This document shows positions 48,966 to 63,110 of a DNA stretch of 64,000 nt, one piece after another. The notes beneath the pieces were generated by a model. It saw only the letters and a list, made by a program, of their open reading frames with translations, searched no databases and was not told the DNA's origin. Location: NCBI RefSeq assembly GCF_006345805.1, contig NC_043003.1, positions 88,536,001 to 88,600,000 on the forward strand. Direction: 5' to 3'. The stretch's first letter is position 1, and every line of letters starts with the position of its first letter. The DNA is from Octopus sinensis (Eukaryota). A program made the translations under genes and the position numbers.

Positions 48966-51925
48966 ATGAAGACAAAAAAACTACCAAAACAAATGAAAAC
49001 ATACAACAAACCAACACCACGAACATATTGGACTCCCAGACTTCCAAATAAGCCCTACCAAACACAAACCAAAATCCCACTCCTTACACCAATAAACAGA
49101 CACACAAAATATGAAAGACAACCATCAACCCAAAACCCCACAAAGACAAACACACAAGCAGCAAGACGAGCACGATACATACAACCAACAACCTATAACA
49201 CTTGGAGAGAACAAATAGAATATGAACAACCACCAACACATAACACTGGACATCCTAAAAGGACACACACATGGAACAATAAACAAGTGGATAGAAATCA
49301 AAACATAACCTACAACAAACATCGAGGAAATCCAAACCACACAAACACCAACCCCATGCAACCCCACAAATTTACAAGATGTATAAAAAACAACCCCCAC
49401 TATCAATACAATACAAACACAATACATGAACCATCCACCTACCCACAAAGAAACCTGAACCACAGTAATAGAAATTGGCTCAACAAACACAGAAGATGGG
49501 AAGAAAACAACTGCCAAAGACAAAACAACACATACAGACCACACAGAACACCCCTACTACTACAAGAAAACCTAAGAACTGAAAATGGAATTTGGAGACG
49601 CAACAACACAACCCCTTTTTTAGGGAAAGGATACTTCAACCATACTCCAGACTCAATACACCAAAAATTCTGGATGAACACACAAAACACATAGACCCCA
49701 AAATAATAAACCTATCTAAAAGAGAACTTAACGAAAATGAAATGAACCTACTACTAAAAGGCCTCAAATTTACACCTACACCCACTCCAAACCTCATAGA
49801 ACTAAAAACTGATATAGACAACTTCAGCCGCCACCTCCGCCTTATGGAATTCTTTGAAAATAAAGAAACAGAAGATAACTCAATCATAAGAAAAAAATCC
49901 CATTTCACCCCTTACAAAGGAAGTGACAAACACCTTGACGCATACATAGAGACAATATCCAAATTCCCTCTCAACACACACAAACGCAAACAGAATCTCC
50001 GCAGAGGAGAAAAACAAGCCTTACAAAAACTAAAAAATGACAAGTCAATCATTATAAAAGAAGCTGACAAAGGTGGAGCAATAGTTATGGATACAGATTA
50101 CTACAAAGAAAAGATACTGGAGTTACTGAACAACCAGACATACTATAAAGAGGAACCCACACCACCGGAGAAAGCAACAATAAAAAAAATTAGAACTTTA
50201 GTCAATGAATACCAGGACTCCTTTACAGATAAGGAGAAAGACTATCTATGCAACTCAAGAACCAAAGATAGCAACTTTTATGGATTACCTAAAATTCATA
50301 AAAGCTCTGAAATGCAGAGAGCCATAAAGGAACAGAGGAACCACTATATAAGAATACAAAGACCCGCAGACCTCACAATGAGACCAATAGTGGCAGGACC
50401 CCAGGCACCAGCACAACAACTAAGCCACTTCATAGATGTACTCCAAACCTTTATGCCCACAGATACCAAGCTACATATAGGATGATATAGACTTCCTCAC
50501 ACACATTCCAAATACAGTCCCGAAAAACACCATACTTGCAAGCTTCGATGTCACAAATCTATACACAAACATACCACACACCCTAGGTCTGAAAGCAATA
50601 AGACAATCGGTAAAAAAAATACAGGGAACTCATAGACGAACGTTTCAAGACAGACTTTATCACCCAAGCCACCCAATTAATACTCGAAGGAAATACGTTC
50701 TCATTCAACAAGACATACCAACAGATAAAGGGCACGGCTATGGGTACAAAATTCACACCTTCATATACCAACTTGGTGATGGGTTTCCTGGAGAACAAAC
50801 TATACGATGAAATAGGGAAAGTCTTCGAACACGACTTTAGGGAAGACATTAAGAAAAAGTGGAAACGCTACCTCGATGACTGCTTCATCTTTTGGAACAG
50901 ATCAGAAGAAGACCTACAAACATTCCACAACATCCTCAATACGCTGCATCCATCTATCAACTTCACAATAGATACCAGCCACAACGAACTTCCTTCCTAG
51001 ACATCAACATCAAAATACACAACTCCATCATCACAACAGACATCCACTACAAAAAAACTGACACACACCAATATTTAAATTTCCACTCATGCCACCCATC
51101 CCACACAAAAAGAAACATCCCATATAGTATGGCAAGACGCATATACAGCATAGTAACTGACTCACAAACACGACTAATAAGGCTAGATGAACTTAAAACT
51201 TCCAGCTAGAGCAAAAATACGCCCTTAAACTAATAGAAAATGGAATCACAAGAGCAATGAAACTAGACATCGCACAACTCAGGACACCCAAAGCAAAAAA
51301 CAAAGAAAACATTATCCCTTTCATAAACACACACAACCCTGGAGTTTCCAACATGTTCCAAATCATACATTCAAACCTGCCAATAGCCTTAGAAAGCCCC
51401 AAAATGGAAAACATACTAAATAAATATTGCATAAAAAACAGTAGACGACAAGACAAAAACCTAAAGAAACATCTAACAAGAGCGAAATTCTCTTCAGAAA
51501 CTAAAACTGAATTCTTTGTAAAAGAGTGCAGAGATGATAGGTGTGGGATCTGCAGTAACCCCACCTACAAATACATAGAGGGAGACAAAGAAATGAAATT
51601 TAAAAGTGGTCACATATTTAAAATAAATGCAGATATGAACTGCAAAACGCAGAATGTAATATACTGCATAACCTGCCCCATGTGCAAGGAGGATTATATA
51701 GCTGAAACTGGAAATTCTTTATGCCAACGAGCCAGGATTCACTGACAACATGTCCGACAGGAGGAACTGCGCAAGATACCACTGAGTAAACACCTAGATA
51801 CATGTGGACAAGGAAAATTTAAGATCTTTCCCTTCTACAAATGTCCAAAGAATGACTCCTCCTTCAGGAGGAATATGGAAAAATATTTCATAACTAAGTT
51901 CTGCCCCAAATCGAATAGCTGAAAA
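48966..51925 (+). mobile_element. Near-full-length frameshifted Penelope-like element (RT, Cys cluster and GIY-YIG)
   Basis: FYGLPKIHK, MRPIVAG, QIKGTAMGTKFTPSY, RYLDDCF, HYKKTDTHQYL, CRDDRCGIC and NVIYCITCPMCKEDYIAETG, spread over several frames. Confidence 0.92.
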
Positions 51926-53224
51926 TATCTCTATAATAAGCTGTACCAGATGAAGGACCAAATTTGTTAAGTAAACTGTATTAAACACACACACAGTTCT
52001 ACACATATGTTTTGGTTTTTGAAAATGCAACATTGAACAAAGGATATTCTAATATTTCAATGAAACCATTTCACTTTAATTTGTGGAACCAGTTGCTCCT
52101 GTATGATAAAACTTAATATTTATTTAATCAGTGAGATATTAGACTAAATCAATTGAAGATCAGACAACAGACTCAGTAGTTGTCAGTTTGTATTCTGTCA
52201 TTTGTAACTTCAACACAAGAGAGTCTCTTTTTCAAGCATGGACTTTATGAAATTTTACTCATCATACATTGAAGGACAAATCTTTCAATTTACAATTTAA
52301 TATAGTGGAGCATTTAGTATATGCATGTATATATATATATATATATTTGACCTATTATATACATTATATTATTTTTGTAATTTACTTAATCTTTACTTTT
52401 TAATTGTCATTTTAATTTTAACCTTTCTAAGATATGTAATTTTCTAGATGGTGTAATCTAATTATTCATTTTGAATTGATAAAAGGTGTTTTTTTCTAAT
52501 ATTTTATGTATATGTATGTATATATATATAGTGGTATAAATATCAACACAATTATTTCTCCTTCCTTTTTTTCCTCTTCTCCTTTCTTCCCTTCTCAGGC
52601 ACACAGACACACACACACTCACACACACACACACACACACACACACCTCCACAAAACAATCATAAAAAGAATTCTTCTTCTCTAAACCCCAAAAAACCAT
52701 TTGACCATCCCTCATTTAACACACACACACACACACTCTCTCACAATGATAAAAATAAATACAATTTATGGTCTACCTCCCGCCACCACACACTCAATAA
52801 CACTATGAAATGGTCAAAACTGAAATTCTTTTTCCCCAAGATCTTAGACCCCCCTTGGAGTAAGCATGCTGTCCAACAGAGCAAAAAAAAATTCTGTTCT
52901 TCTTCTTCCCTCTCCCTTTCCCTCTTTTTCTTTAACACCTCTTCCATATACAAAAACACACACACATGCTCTCTCTCTCTTCCTCCTCATTCATCACCCT
53001 CTTGTACTGTCTTATATCCCTCCCCACCACTACAAACTCAATACCACTATAAAATGGTCAAAACTTTTCACAGGGGAACTTAGGTTGATTTGAAAACCCC
53101 ACTAGAATAAGAGAAAGCACTAATACATGATCTAAGTTATATGATGTATAAAAAATGTAATATACAAATAAATATCTGTAAATATAAACCATCTGATTTT
53201 CTGAGTACCTTATTTCTTCTAATA

Positions 53225-53279
53225 TACATATATATATATACATACATGTATATATATGTATATACATATATATATGTAC

Positions 53280-53313
<34 letters not shown>

Positions 53314-53900
53314 ATATATATACACACACATATATACATACATACACACACGCATACATACACACATACACACACACATACATACATACACACACGCATA
53401 CATATACATACATACATACACATACACACACATACACACATACATACACACACACATATAAACACACATATAAGCCCCTACATTGTACACACACGCACAC
53501 ATATATACATACATTCACTCGCACGCACATACACACACGCACACACACACACACACACATTTACATATATATATACTATACACTCACACACACATACACA
53601 CGTACAAACACACACAAACTCACATACACACCCACAGATATACATACACAATATACACCTATCTGCGCACGCACACATACACACAAACACATACAAACAC
53701 ACACATACATGCACACACATACACGTACATACATACACTCTCACACAAATGAACCCACATATACATCCCTACACACACACACGCACGTACAAGCACACAC
53801 ATACTAGGTTAAACAGTTACTCACCACACACCCACACTCTACACATACACACACGAACACACACATGCACACACACACACACACACACTACAAACAACAC
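53225..53900. repeat. Long compound (TA)/(CA)/(CATA) microsatellite
   Basis: Directly visible; similar tracts at 47450-47680, 54355-54540 and 55050-55360. Confidence 0.95.
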
Positions 53901-54352
53901 ACACACATGATACATATAGCCCTTTGTTTTTCTGACCTGGCTGGACACAAACAGCTAGTAGTCATCATGACAGCTGGCTTGGTCATTGCCTTTATTCACC
54001 AAAAATACACACACACACACGCACACACAAACACACTTGTCATCTTGCACACACGCACACACACACAGGCATTCCTTTTTTTGGAACTCTCTTGCATTAT
54101 AAAACCATATTTCAACTACCTTCAAATTCTGTTCTTTCAACATGTGATCTCTTAAGCACCACCAGCTCCAATATTTTCTCCTCTGTCTTCCCTCCTTGGG
54201 ATCTTTCCTCCTCCTTGTTTCCGACGAAGAGCTCTGCTCGAAACATCAAACCCTCCTTCCCTTCTTTCCTGAGCGTCAATAATACTTTAATTGTTCCACG
54301 TCCTGCGTTGCTGTGTTTTTTCTCTTTTTTTCTGTGTTTTCTTGTTGGATTA

Positions 54353-54435
<83 letters not shown>

Positions 54436-54437
54436 TA

Positions 54438-54505
<68 letters not shown>

Positions 54506-54547
54506 TTACATATATATATATATATATGTGTATATATATGTGTGTTG

Positions 54548-54830
54548 GATCAGGTAATAAAGGTTACGGAGAGGGTCATAGCCCAACTGATTAGGGAGAG
54601 AGTCAGGATGGATGAGATGCAGTTTGGTTTCCTGACAGGAAAAAGCACCACTGATGCCATATTTCTGGTGAGACAGCCGCAGGAGGAAGTTGTGTATTTT
54701 GATGTTGATGTCTAGGAAGGGAAGTTCGTTGTGGCTGATATTTATTGAGAAGTTGATAGATGGGTGCAGCGTATTGAGGATGTTGTGGAATGTTCATAGG
54801 TCCTCTTCTGATCTGTTCCAAACCTTCCAA
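54548..54830. mobile_element. Fused RTE RT fragment (+, 54548-54688) and PLE RT fragment (-, 54689-54830)
   Basis: [27 protein letters not shown]; the - segment closely matches 50890-51030. Confidence 0.8.
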
Positions 54831-55134
54831 TATATATATATATATATATATGACGGGAAGCTTTATGAAAATAAACAAAAGACGAAGGCAGGTGGAGTAC
54901 AAACAAACAATTGTATTAGTATGGCGCTCAGGAATATAAATTAAACAAGTCTTTTACGTTTCGAGCCTACGCTCTTCAACAGAAAGGTACATAGAAAAGA
55001 AACACGGAGAGAGACAAGGAGAGAAAAAAATGCGTGAAGAAGCTAAGGATTCAACATATATATATATATATATATATATGTGTATAAATATATGTATGTA
55101 TATATATGTATAAATATATATATGTATATATACA

Positions 55135-55173
<39 letters not shown>

Positions 55174-55222
55174 ATATATGCATATATATATATACACATA
55201 TATGCATATATATATATATATT

Positions 55223-55257
<35 letters not shown>

Positions 55258-55323
55258 ATATATGCATATATATATATTTTTTTATATAGTATTATTAATT
55301 GAATGCCACGCATCCATTTACAA

Positions 55324-55360
<37 letters not shown>

Positions 55361-55419
55361 CAGAAAATGAAGAAAGCAAATCAATTGGACCACATCTGTA
55401 GCTTATTTAATACAAAACA

Positions 55420-56330
55420 TGGCATAACATTTATGTGACATAACTATTCTTACAGCCATTTCCGTTTCTGATGTCAGCCAGTGCCTACGAAAGAATTGCA
55501 AAAATAATATTCTTCATCTTCATAGGATATTTGAACTAGAACATGGAGCTCCATCAGAGTGAATACAAAAGCGTCCAAAACAATAATCAAAAGGAAGAGA
55601 GAATAGGAAAGAAAACATGGCCTAAGGAAGAAACCTGGAAGCCTAATATATTAAAATCATATTCAACATCCATGAACTCAGACATCCCAAATTAAAGAAG
55701 GATTTACAACCAAAAGCCCAACTATACATCTCCACACACAACTCTCTTAACAATGAAGCCTTCGACACCATCCTTCAAAACATTCCACGGCTAAAAAAGG
55801 ACCACAGAATGAACTCAATCTTCCAAACAGACACCATCATAAAAGGCAAGAGACAACCCAAATCTATGAAAAGTCTCCTAGCACAAGCCTGAATACGCTC
55901 AACAACAACACAGAAGCCGTCAGTAAAAAAATGCAGAATACCCAACTGTGGAATATGCGTCAATTTAATTGAGGGATCAGAGTTCTTCAAACTGGGACAA
56001 CGTTTCACAGTGAAAAGCAGCTTCACATGTGCTTTGGAGAACCTGATATACACACTAACCTGTTCTGGGTGTCAAGAGCAATACATAGGCCAAACAAAAA
56101 ACAGTCTATGTAAAAGGATGGCTCTGCACAGATCCCAGATCAAAATTCCCCAAAACAGAAAAATAGCATTCAGCCAATACATCGACATTTGTGCCAATAA
56201 CAAAATTCCAAGCTTCAGAATTTTTCCCCTCTACCAATTCAGGGACGATACAATCTGTAGCTAATGAATTAGTAAAGATACTCTCTTTATTACAAAATAC
56301 AGACCCCTTTTGAATGCATCTACTAGAAAC
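55420..56330 (+). mobile_element. PLE 3' fragment (GIY-YIG)
   Basis: NLIYTLTCSGCQEQYIGQTKNSLCKRMALHRSQI. Confidence 0.85.
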
Positions 56331-56689
56331 AACATATCCACCACGGCCTAAGAATAACACAAACACACGCGCAAATATTAAAAATGATATACTCAAGAGA
56401 TTCCCAAGAATTCATTAAAAAACAGTCCCAATCACTGTTATAATCTATAACACACTACTTTTAGGTCACTTGATCATTTAATATTCTACTACTATCATAC
56501 CACCTGCATTCCTTTATTATTCTCCCTTCTCTTTCTCCTTCTTCTTTGTCTTCTTCCTCTCCACCACCTCCTTCCTAACTTTACTACTATTGCTGTGTAG
56601 AATAACACATACGCAAATTTTATAAACAATGCATTCAAAGAAGATGACTCAAGAATTCAATCAATACTACCATCCACAACAAGTCACTT

Positions 56690-57050
56690 TCAGGGCACTT
56701 GACCATTTAACTTCCTACTACTATCATGGCACTCTCACATTCTTCTTCTCCTCCTCCTCTTCCATCCGAATGTGGCCAATGCCAGCGCTGCCTTGACTGG
56801 CTTCCGTGCCGGTGGCACATAAAAAGTACCAACCGAACATAGCCGTTGCCAGCCTCCCCTAGCATCTGTGCCAGTGGCACGTAAAAAGCACCCACTACAT
56901 TCACAGAGTGGTTGGCATTAGGAAGGGCATCCAGCTGTAGAAACACTGCCAGATCAGACTGGAGCCTGGTGCAGCCTTCTGGCTTTCCAGACCCCAGTCA
57001 AACAATCCAACCCATGCTAGCATGGAAAACGGACGTTAAACGATGATGAT
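56690..57050 (+). mobile_element. RTE-tail SINE-like repeat
   Basis: UTR motifs and gatgatgat tail; a decayed - copy follows at 57340-57560. Confidence 0.8.
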
Positions 57051-58245
57051 ATACACACACACACACACATGTAATTTGTATTTAGCTTCTTATCTGACCT
57101 ACAAACTTTTCCAAGAAATCAAGAGAAAGTGAAATTCACACACATCAACTCCTTCATAAATAATGAAACATCAAGAATTTATTTCCTTTCTAGGAAAGAG
57201 AGTGAAAGAATTCTTACAAAGGGAGAGACTGGAAGTTAGAAATACACAGCTAATTATATTACAAAATTCAGCAGAAACATAACACTCAAGGCTGTTTGTC
57301 ACATTTGCTTGTAGGAATGGTTGTAATAAACATTTCTGCCTTATCATCATCATCATCATCATCATTTAATGTCTGTTTTCCATGCTGAAATAGATTAGAC
57401 AGTTTGACATGTGATGGCGAGGCCAGGAGCCATACCTGACTCTATTTGGTAAGGTTTACACAGCTGGATTCCCTTTTCTAATCCTAGCCACTTTACGGAG
57501 TGCACTGGGTGCTTTTTACATGGTACCAACACCAGTGTTTTTTACATGGTATGATCACAAACAGAGTCACCTTGCAAGACAAAAGAGATGAAAATGGTAA
57601 AAATCCTCTCAATTAGGAGGAGGAATCAATATTGAGTGGGAAATAGTATGAAGTGGTGGGGTGGCTTTGTGCCAATTGAGAGATTAAAGGTATAAAAAGA
57701 CAAAGATAGGTGTCTAGCTGTAGATACATAGATACTCCAGTTGGAAAGGAAAGGAGAGTGAGTTAGAGAGTAAGATAAGGAGAGCGATGGTGAGAGAGAT
57801 GATGGCAAAGAACAGTCAGGACATGCCCTTGAGACACTTTGAATGTGGTGGGAATAGGTGAAGTGAAACTGAGGTTGTATGAGTGGGTATTATAAATTAA
57901 CGGTAAAATATTTCTTCACCCATTTAATATAATAAATAAGTTAATTGCATTGCAATTAAAAACATTTATGTATTAAGAATCTGGGTACTTTACCAACAGT
58001 ATATTGGATAAATACTATCCCTTAGTGGGTTACACCCATAACCCCTAACTTACTTTGTGCTATATATATATATATATGTAATATATGTATTTATTTATCA
58101 CCTGACAGGATACATCTGCACCACCGGATGCTCCTGAACCAGTTGGTGAATGTCCTACCCATGAGGGTTGATACTAGACGTGTCAATGCAATTGTTGTGA
58201 TTAATGATAAATTATTCTTGTATATTATATCTTCTGTCTTTCATT

Positions 58246-58280
<35 letters not shown>

Positions 58281-58442
58281 TGAGAATATGTGTGTCTGTC
58301 TGTGTGAATCCCTAAAACTCGAGAACCGCCCAACCAATTTCATTCAAATTTTACACGTGCCTGAGACATGTAATACTGAAATAGTGTAAGAGATAAGACA
58401 TTGCTCTGGGCTCACATTAGGCAAGAAGTCGAAAATTTTATT

Positions 58443-58473
<31 letters not shown>

Positions 58474-58950
58474 GTATATATATATATATATAATAGGTGC
58501 AGGAGTGGCTGTGTGGTAAGTGGCTTACTTACCAACCACAATGGTTCTGGGTTCAGTCCCACTGCATGGCACCTTTGGCAAACGTCTCCTACTATAGCCT
58601 CAGCTGACTAAAGCCTTGTGAGTGGATTTGGTAGGCAGAAACTGAAAGAAGCCCGTCGTATATGTGTGAGTGTGTGTGTGTGTATGTGTGTGTGTGCGCG
58701 TGCGTGTGTCTGTATTTGTGTATCTCTTTTGTCCTCCCAACATCACTTGACAACCAATGCTGGTGTGTTTATGCCCCTGTAACCTAGCAGTTCAGCAAAA
58801 TAAACTCAAACAATAAGTCTTGGGATTGATTTGCTCGACTAAAGGCAGTGTTCCAGCATGGCTGCAGGCAAATAACTGAAACAAATAAAAAAATAAAAGA
58901 ATATATATATATATGTATACATCTGTACATATGTTTGTATGTATATATAT

Positions 58951-60228
58951 ATATTGTTATATTTCGGAATGGTCATATTGCCAGTTTAGCCAATAAAAAC
59001 ACACACACTATATATTTGGTGTTATTTTGCTTCAGTGATATTTATTTTTTACATTAATCTTAATCTTATTTCGCCCAGAGTTCTTTCGTCACACTCCTGT
59101 GACCGCATCAGTGGTCCTTTGTTTTCTTCTTTCGTATTTGTGTCTCTCCTTACTAACCGTCAGCCATTTTGTATTTCTATTGTATGTCTTCATTTGTGCA
59201 TGCTTATATCTCTATGTGCGTCTATGTTTATTTAGTGTGTGTGTGGGGGGGATGCCTGTAATATTTGTACCTTCTGTTTATATACATTCATGTAATTTGT
59301 ACTTTGTTTTTGTTGTTGTTGCTTTTGTTCTAATTTTGTTCATGTGTTTACATCCACCCATTATTATCATTACATATGCTTGTATGTATGTATGTATGTA
59401 TAACAACAATATTAGTAATAATAATAATAAATCTAATCGAAAAAAAGAAAAAAAAAGAAAATCTAATCGAAAAAAAATATATATGTATATATACACATAC
59501 ATATACACATATATATATATATATATATACATATATATAGTTATTCATTTCTATTTGTTTATTTAGCTATGTATTTATTATGTTTTCGGGATCCTCTATC
59601 GTCATATGTTGTGGTGTGTGCTATTGCTCCATTCTAGTTTTCTATTCAGGCTAGGTTTATTTTCTATTATATGTGTAGCTTCTGTAATTTGTCTAATTGT
59701 TGCATCTATTCTATGTGTGGACAATATCTTAATCTCTATGTTATTGATTGATCCCCCGTGTTCCTGTTCGGCGTGTTGGTACAGAATCGATGAGCTTTTA
59801 CCTTCCTTGAGTTGTCTCCAATGTTCATTCACCCGCTCTCCTATGCTTCTTGCCGTTTCCCCTACGTATGTTATTGTCTTGTTACTGCATCGTCCCTCTA
59901 TACATCTTATACTATAGACTACATTTCTGGCTTTACAGTTTGTATGTGGGCTAAATCTACATACAGTGCAATACTTATCCGTACAGGGGGTTCTACTAAA
60001 AGGATAGGTTCTACCAATTATAGATTTGATAGGGCTGCCTGGCTTTTCAACAACCTTAATTCTTAGTTTAAGTTTATCTAGGGTCCTTCCACACATAGAA
60101 CAGATGCAACAATTAGACAAATTACAGAAGCCACACATATAATAGAAAATAAAACTAGCCTGAATAGAAAACTAGAGTGTTTTTATTGGCTAAACTGGCA
60201 ATATGACCATTCCGAAATATAACAATAT
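58951..60228 (-). mobile_element. 5'-truncated PLE (GIY-YIG ORF and pLTR) capped by an inverted pLTR fragment
   Basis: NVVYSIRC..TYVGETARSIGERVNEH ORF. 60090-60176 is the reverse complement of 59631-59720, and 60177-60228 is the reverse complement of 58951-59002. Confidence 0.85.
59075..59114 (-). ncRNA. Minimal hammerhead-like motif in the PLE pLTR (core altered)
   Basis: CCA-CTGATGC-G-GTCAC(AGGAGT)GTGAC-GAAAG-AA-CTC|TGG; A9 is replaced by C. Confidence 0.5.
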
Positions 60229-60479
60229 CTGTTTCAACACATGACTTCACATAAAAAATCTTGCACAACAAATATTTAAACGTACTATATATATATATAT
60301 TTATATATATATATATTCCCTCTCTCTCTTTCGGAGAGGCACAAGCACCTACACGCATAATAACTGCATTGCTTCTTTCCAGGTAAACTGGCATCTGACT
60401 ATTTAGAAATCACTTCAAAAGTAACTAGCAGTGAGCTCTTGAGAATCAACAAAATTTGGCACTTTTGCAGAAAAATGGT

Positions 60480-61470
60480 TTAGCTACCAAGCACATCTAT
60501 GTTGACATGGTTGCTATATAAGGGGATGATACTTACCTTTATCAACAGTGACAAAATTGAACAGCTGAATTTAGGTGGGGAAAGGAGAGTCTTGAAGAAA
60601 ACTCAAGATCTGATTGCCCTGAAACTACCACAACCAAGGGAAACATTGATCGTATTCACTACATGGTGATGGATGACAGACAATTAACTGTAAATCAAAT
60701 AGTCAATGCTATTAGTACATCCTGTGAGAGAGTTGAGAATATTCTGCTCAATGAACTTGGTATGACAAAGGTTTCTGCTTGGTGGGTGCTGTCTTCTCAC
60801 ACCTGATCAAAAGTGTACCGGGTTGATCACATCACAGGAAAATCTGACACTGTTTGGAGCAGATCCTGTTAATTTCCTAACCTGGGATGAATATTAGGTT
60901 CATCACTTTGAGCCAGAGACAAAGAGACAACCTATGCAGTAGAAATACTCCTCTTTACCTACTCCAAAGAAGGTCATTTCATCCACAGGGAAGGTGATGT
61001 CTCAATTTTTGGGATGTAAAAGGCATTGTGTTTATTGATTATCTTCAAAAGGGCCACACCATCAATGGTAAGTACTATGTCAATTTGCTGAGGCAGTTAT
61101 GAAAGGCTCTCAAGACCAAACACCCAGGAAAACTGATGAAAGGACACTTTTTTCATCAGGACATTACTCCAGCATACAAGTCCTTGATTTCCCTATTCTC
61201 CTGATTTGGCCCCATCTGACTATCATCTGTTCTCCAACATGAAAAAACACATGGCTGAGAACCAGTATCACAGTGATGATGTCATATCTGCTGTTGATGA
61301 CATTTTTGACCAGGATGAAAGGTTCGTCATCAATGGTATCCAAGCATTGCAACACCAATGGAATAAGTGTGTCAACCGCAAGTGGGACTATGTTAAAAAA
61401 TAAACCTTATTTAGTCCCATTCCATGAGAGTAACTTGGTCAGCCTATGAACTTTACAGTCATCCTTTGTA
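60480..61470 (+). mobile_element. Degenerate mariner transposase
   Basis: DYLQKGHTING.YY..LL and PYSPDLAPSDYHLF motifs. Confidence 0.85.
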
Positions 61471-61589
61471 TGATTATTTATACAAATGATGGAAGATTTG
61501 ATCTGCCACAGTTCATATTTTGATCTCCAAGGAACAAACCTGTGTCTGTGCATGTCTATGCACAGTGTGTGTGTGTGTGTGTAGGCATG

Positions 61590-63110
61590 TGTACATAAGA
61601 AAAGGTATATTTACTGAGGCGCCGTTGAGGCTGTACAACATCCGTCTTTCAAATGAGTGTGTATCCCTGAACTCCAAGGATGCCCTGACAGTCACCATTT
61701 ACAAAAAGAAGTGGGATTGAGCAGTATGTGGGAACAACCGGGGCATCTCTCTGTAGGCCATAGCCAACATCTCAGAGCAGGTCTTATCAAAGAGTCAATG
61801 ATGCTTCAAACCAAGGAGATCAATCAGGGACATAATCTTCAGACTGTGACAGCTACAGGAGAAAGCGGTGGAGCCACATCAACCCCTTTTTGTGATGTTT
61901 GTGGACTTTCCCAAAGTATTTGACATGGCGGACAGAGACACTCTTTGGAAAGTGCTAGAGATTTATATGTACCTGAGGAGCTTGTTAATATTATCAAGCA
62001 GTTCTGCACAGAAATGAAAGATGAGACTCAGTTGGTGGAGAATTTAGTGAAACGTTTGCAGTGAAGCATGGTGTGCAGCAGAGGTGTATGTTTACCCTTA
62101 CACTCTTCTCTCTTTACATCACAGTTTTGCTTTGACACCATGAGGGTCAATCTGCACAAGGGGTTTCATCTGCATCAGAACAGATGGGAAGCTCTTCAAC
62201 TTGGCCTATCTTCATGTTTCCACCAAATTCACCGAATTGTGTGTCAAAGAGCTGCTCTACGTAAACGACTCAGTGCTCGTGGCCAGCAGCATTGAAAACA
62301 TGCACCACATTGTGGATCTGTTTTCTTGTGCAGCAAACATGTCTTGTCTCAAGATCAACACTACCAATTTCCAACAAGATGTCCTAATAGATCACGAGAG
62401 CCAAAACCAGTGACAGTACAAGGAAAGCCCCTAAAGTACACAGAAACTTTTGCCTATCTTGGCAGTGCATTGACTTGTATTAACTCTTCTGACCTTGAAG
62501 ATGAGAGGTGAATGCACTCTGCCACAAAGGCTTTTGGCTCTCTCAAGAAGCAGCTATGGAGCTGCCATGAGATTGCTTGCCACATGAAAATAAAAGTGTC
62601 TCCTCTACATCATGGAATGTATGACCATCTACCACAGGCACATCAAAGCCTTGATGTGAGTCCAACTTCATTATCTGTGCTCTATCTTGCATATCAAATG
62701 ATGGGATCTCATTCCTGATGTAGAGGTCCTGCACTGTACTGGTTCAGTTAGTGTAGAGGCCATCATTACCTCATTGCAGCTGTGTTGGGTGGGCCATGTT
62801 TGTAGGGTGGGTGGTGGCAGGCTCCCAAAGACAGTTTGAACTGCATCAGGGCATGAGGAGCTGTGGTGGCCAGAAGTTGCAAAACAAGAATATGTTGAAG
62901 AGACATATGAAGAACTCCAGCATCTCCACAGACAACTAGGAGAAGGCCCTATGATGCAAAGAATGGCAACAGTTGCTGTGCAGATGTTCATAATTCCAGC
63001 CATTGAGAACAACAAAGAGAATGCAAATGAGCACATGAAAGGCATCATTTCTTCATTGTGATAAGTAAATTCACCTGTAGCAGATGTTATCACCGACACA
63101 GTTCAAGAGC
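61590..63110 (+). mobile_element. Degenerate RTE LINE
   Basis: ELLYVNDSVLVA..., ETFAYLGS..., IITSLQLCWVGHVCRV remnants with many stops. Confidence 0.75.

Noticed and set aside
53058-53807. Long ORFs rich in YI/HT/CV repeats (also 1211-1560, 3399-3748, 25656-26673, 47365-47841, 54092-55379)
   Set aside because: Translations of (TA)n/(CA)n microsatellites, which lack stop codons in some frames.
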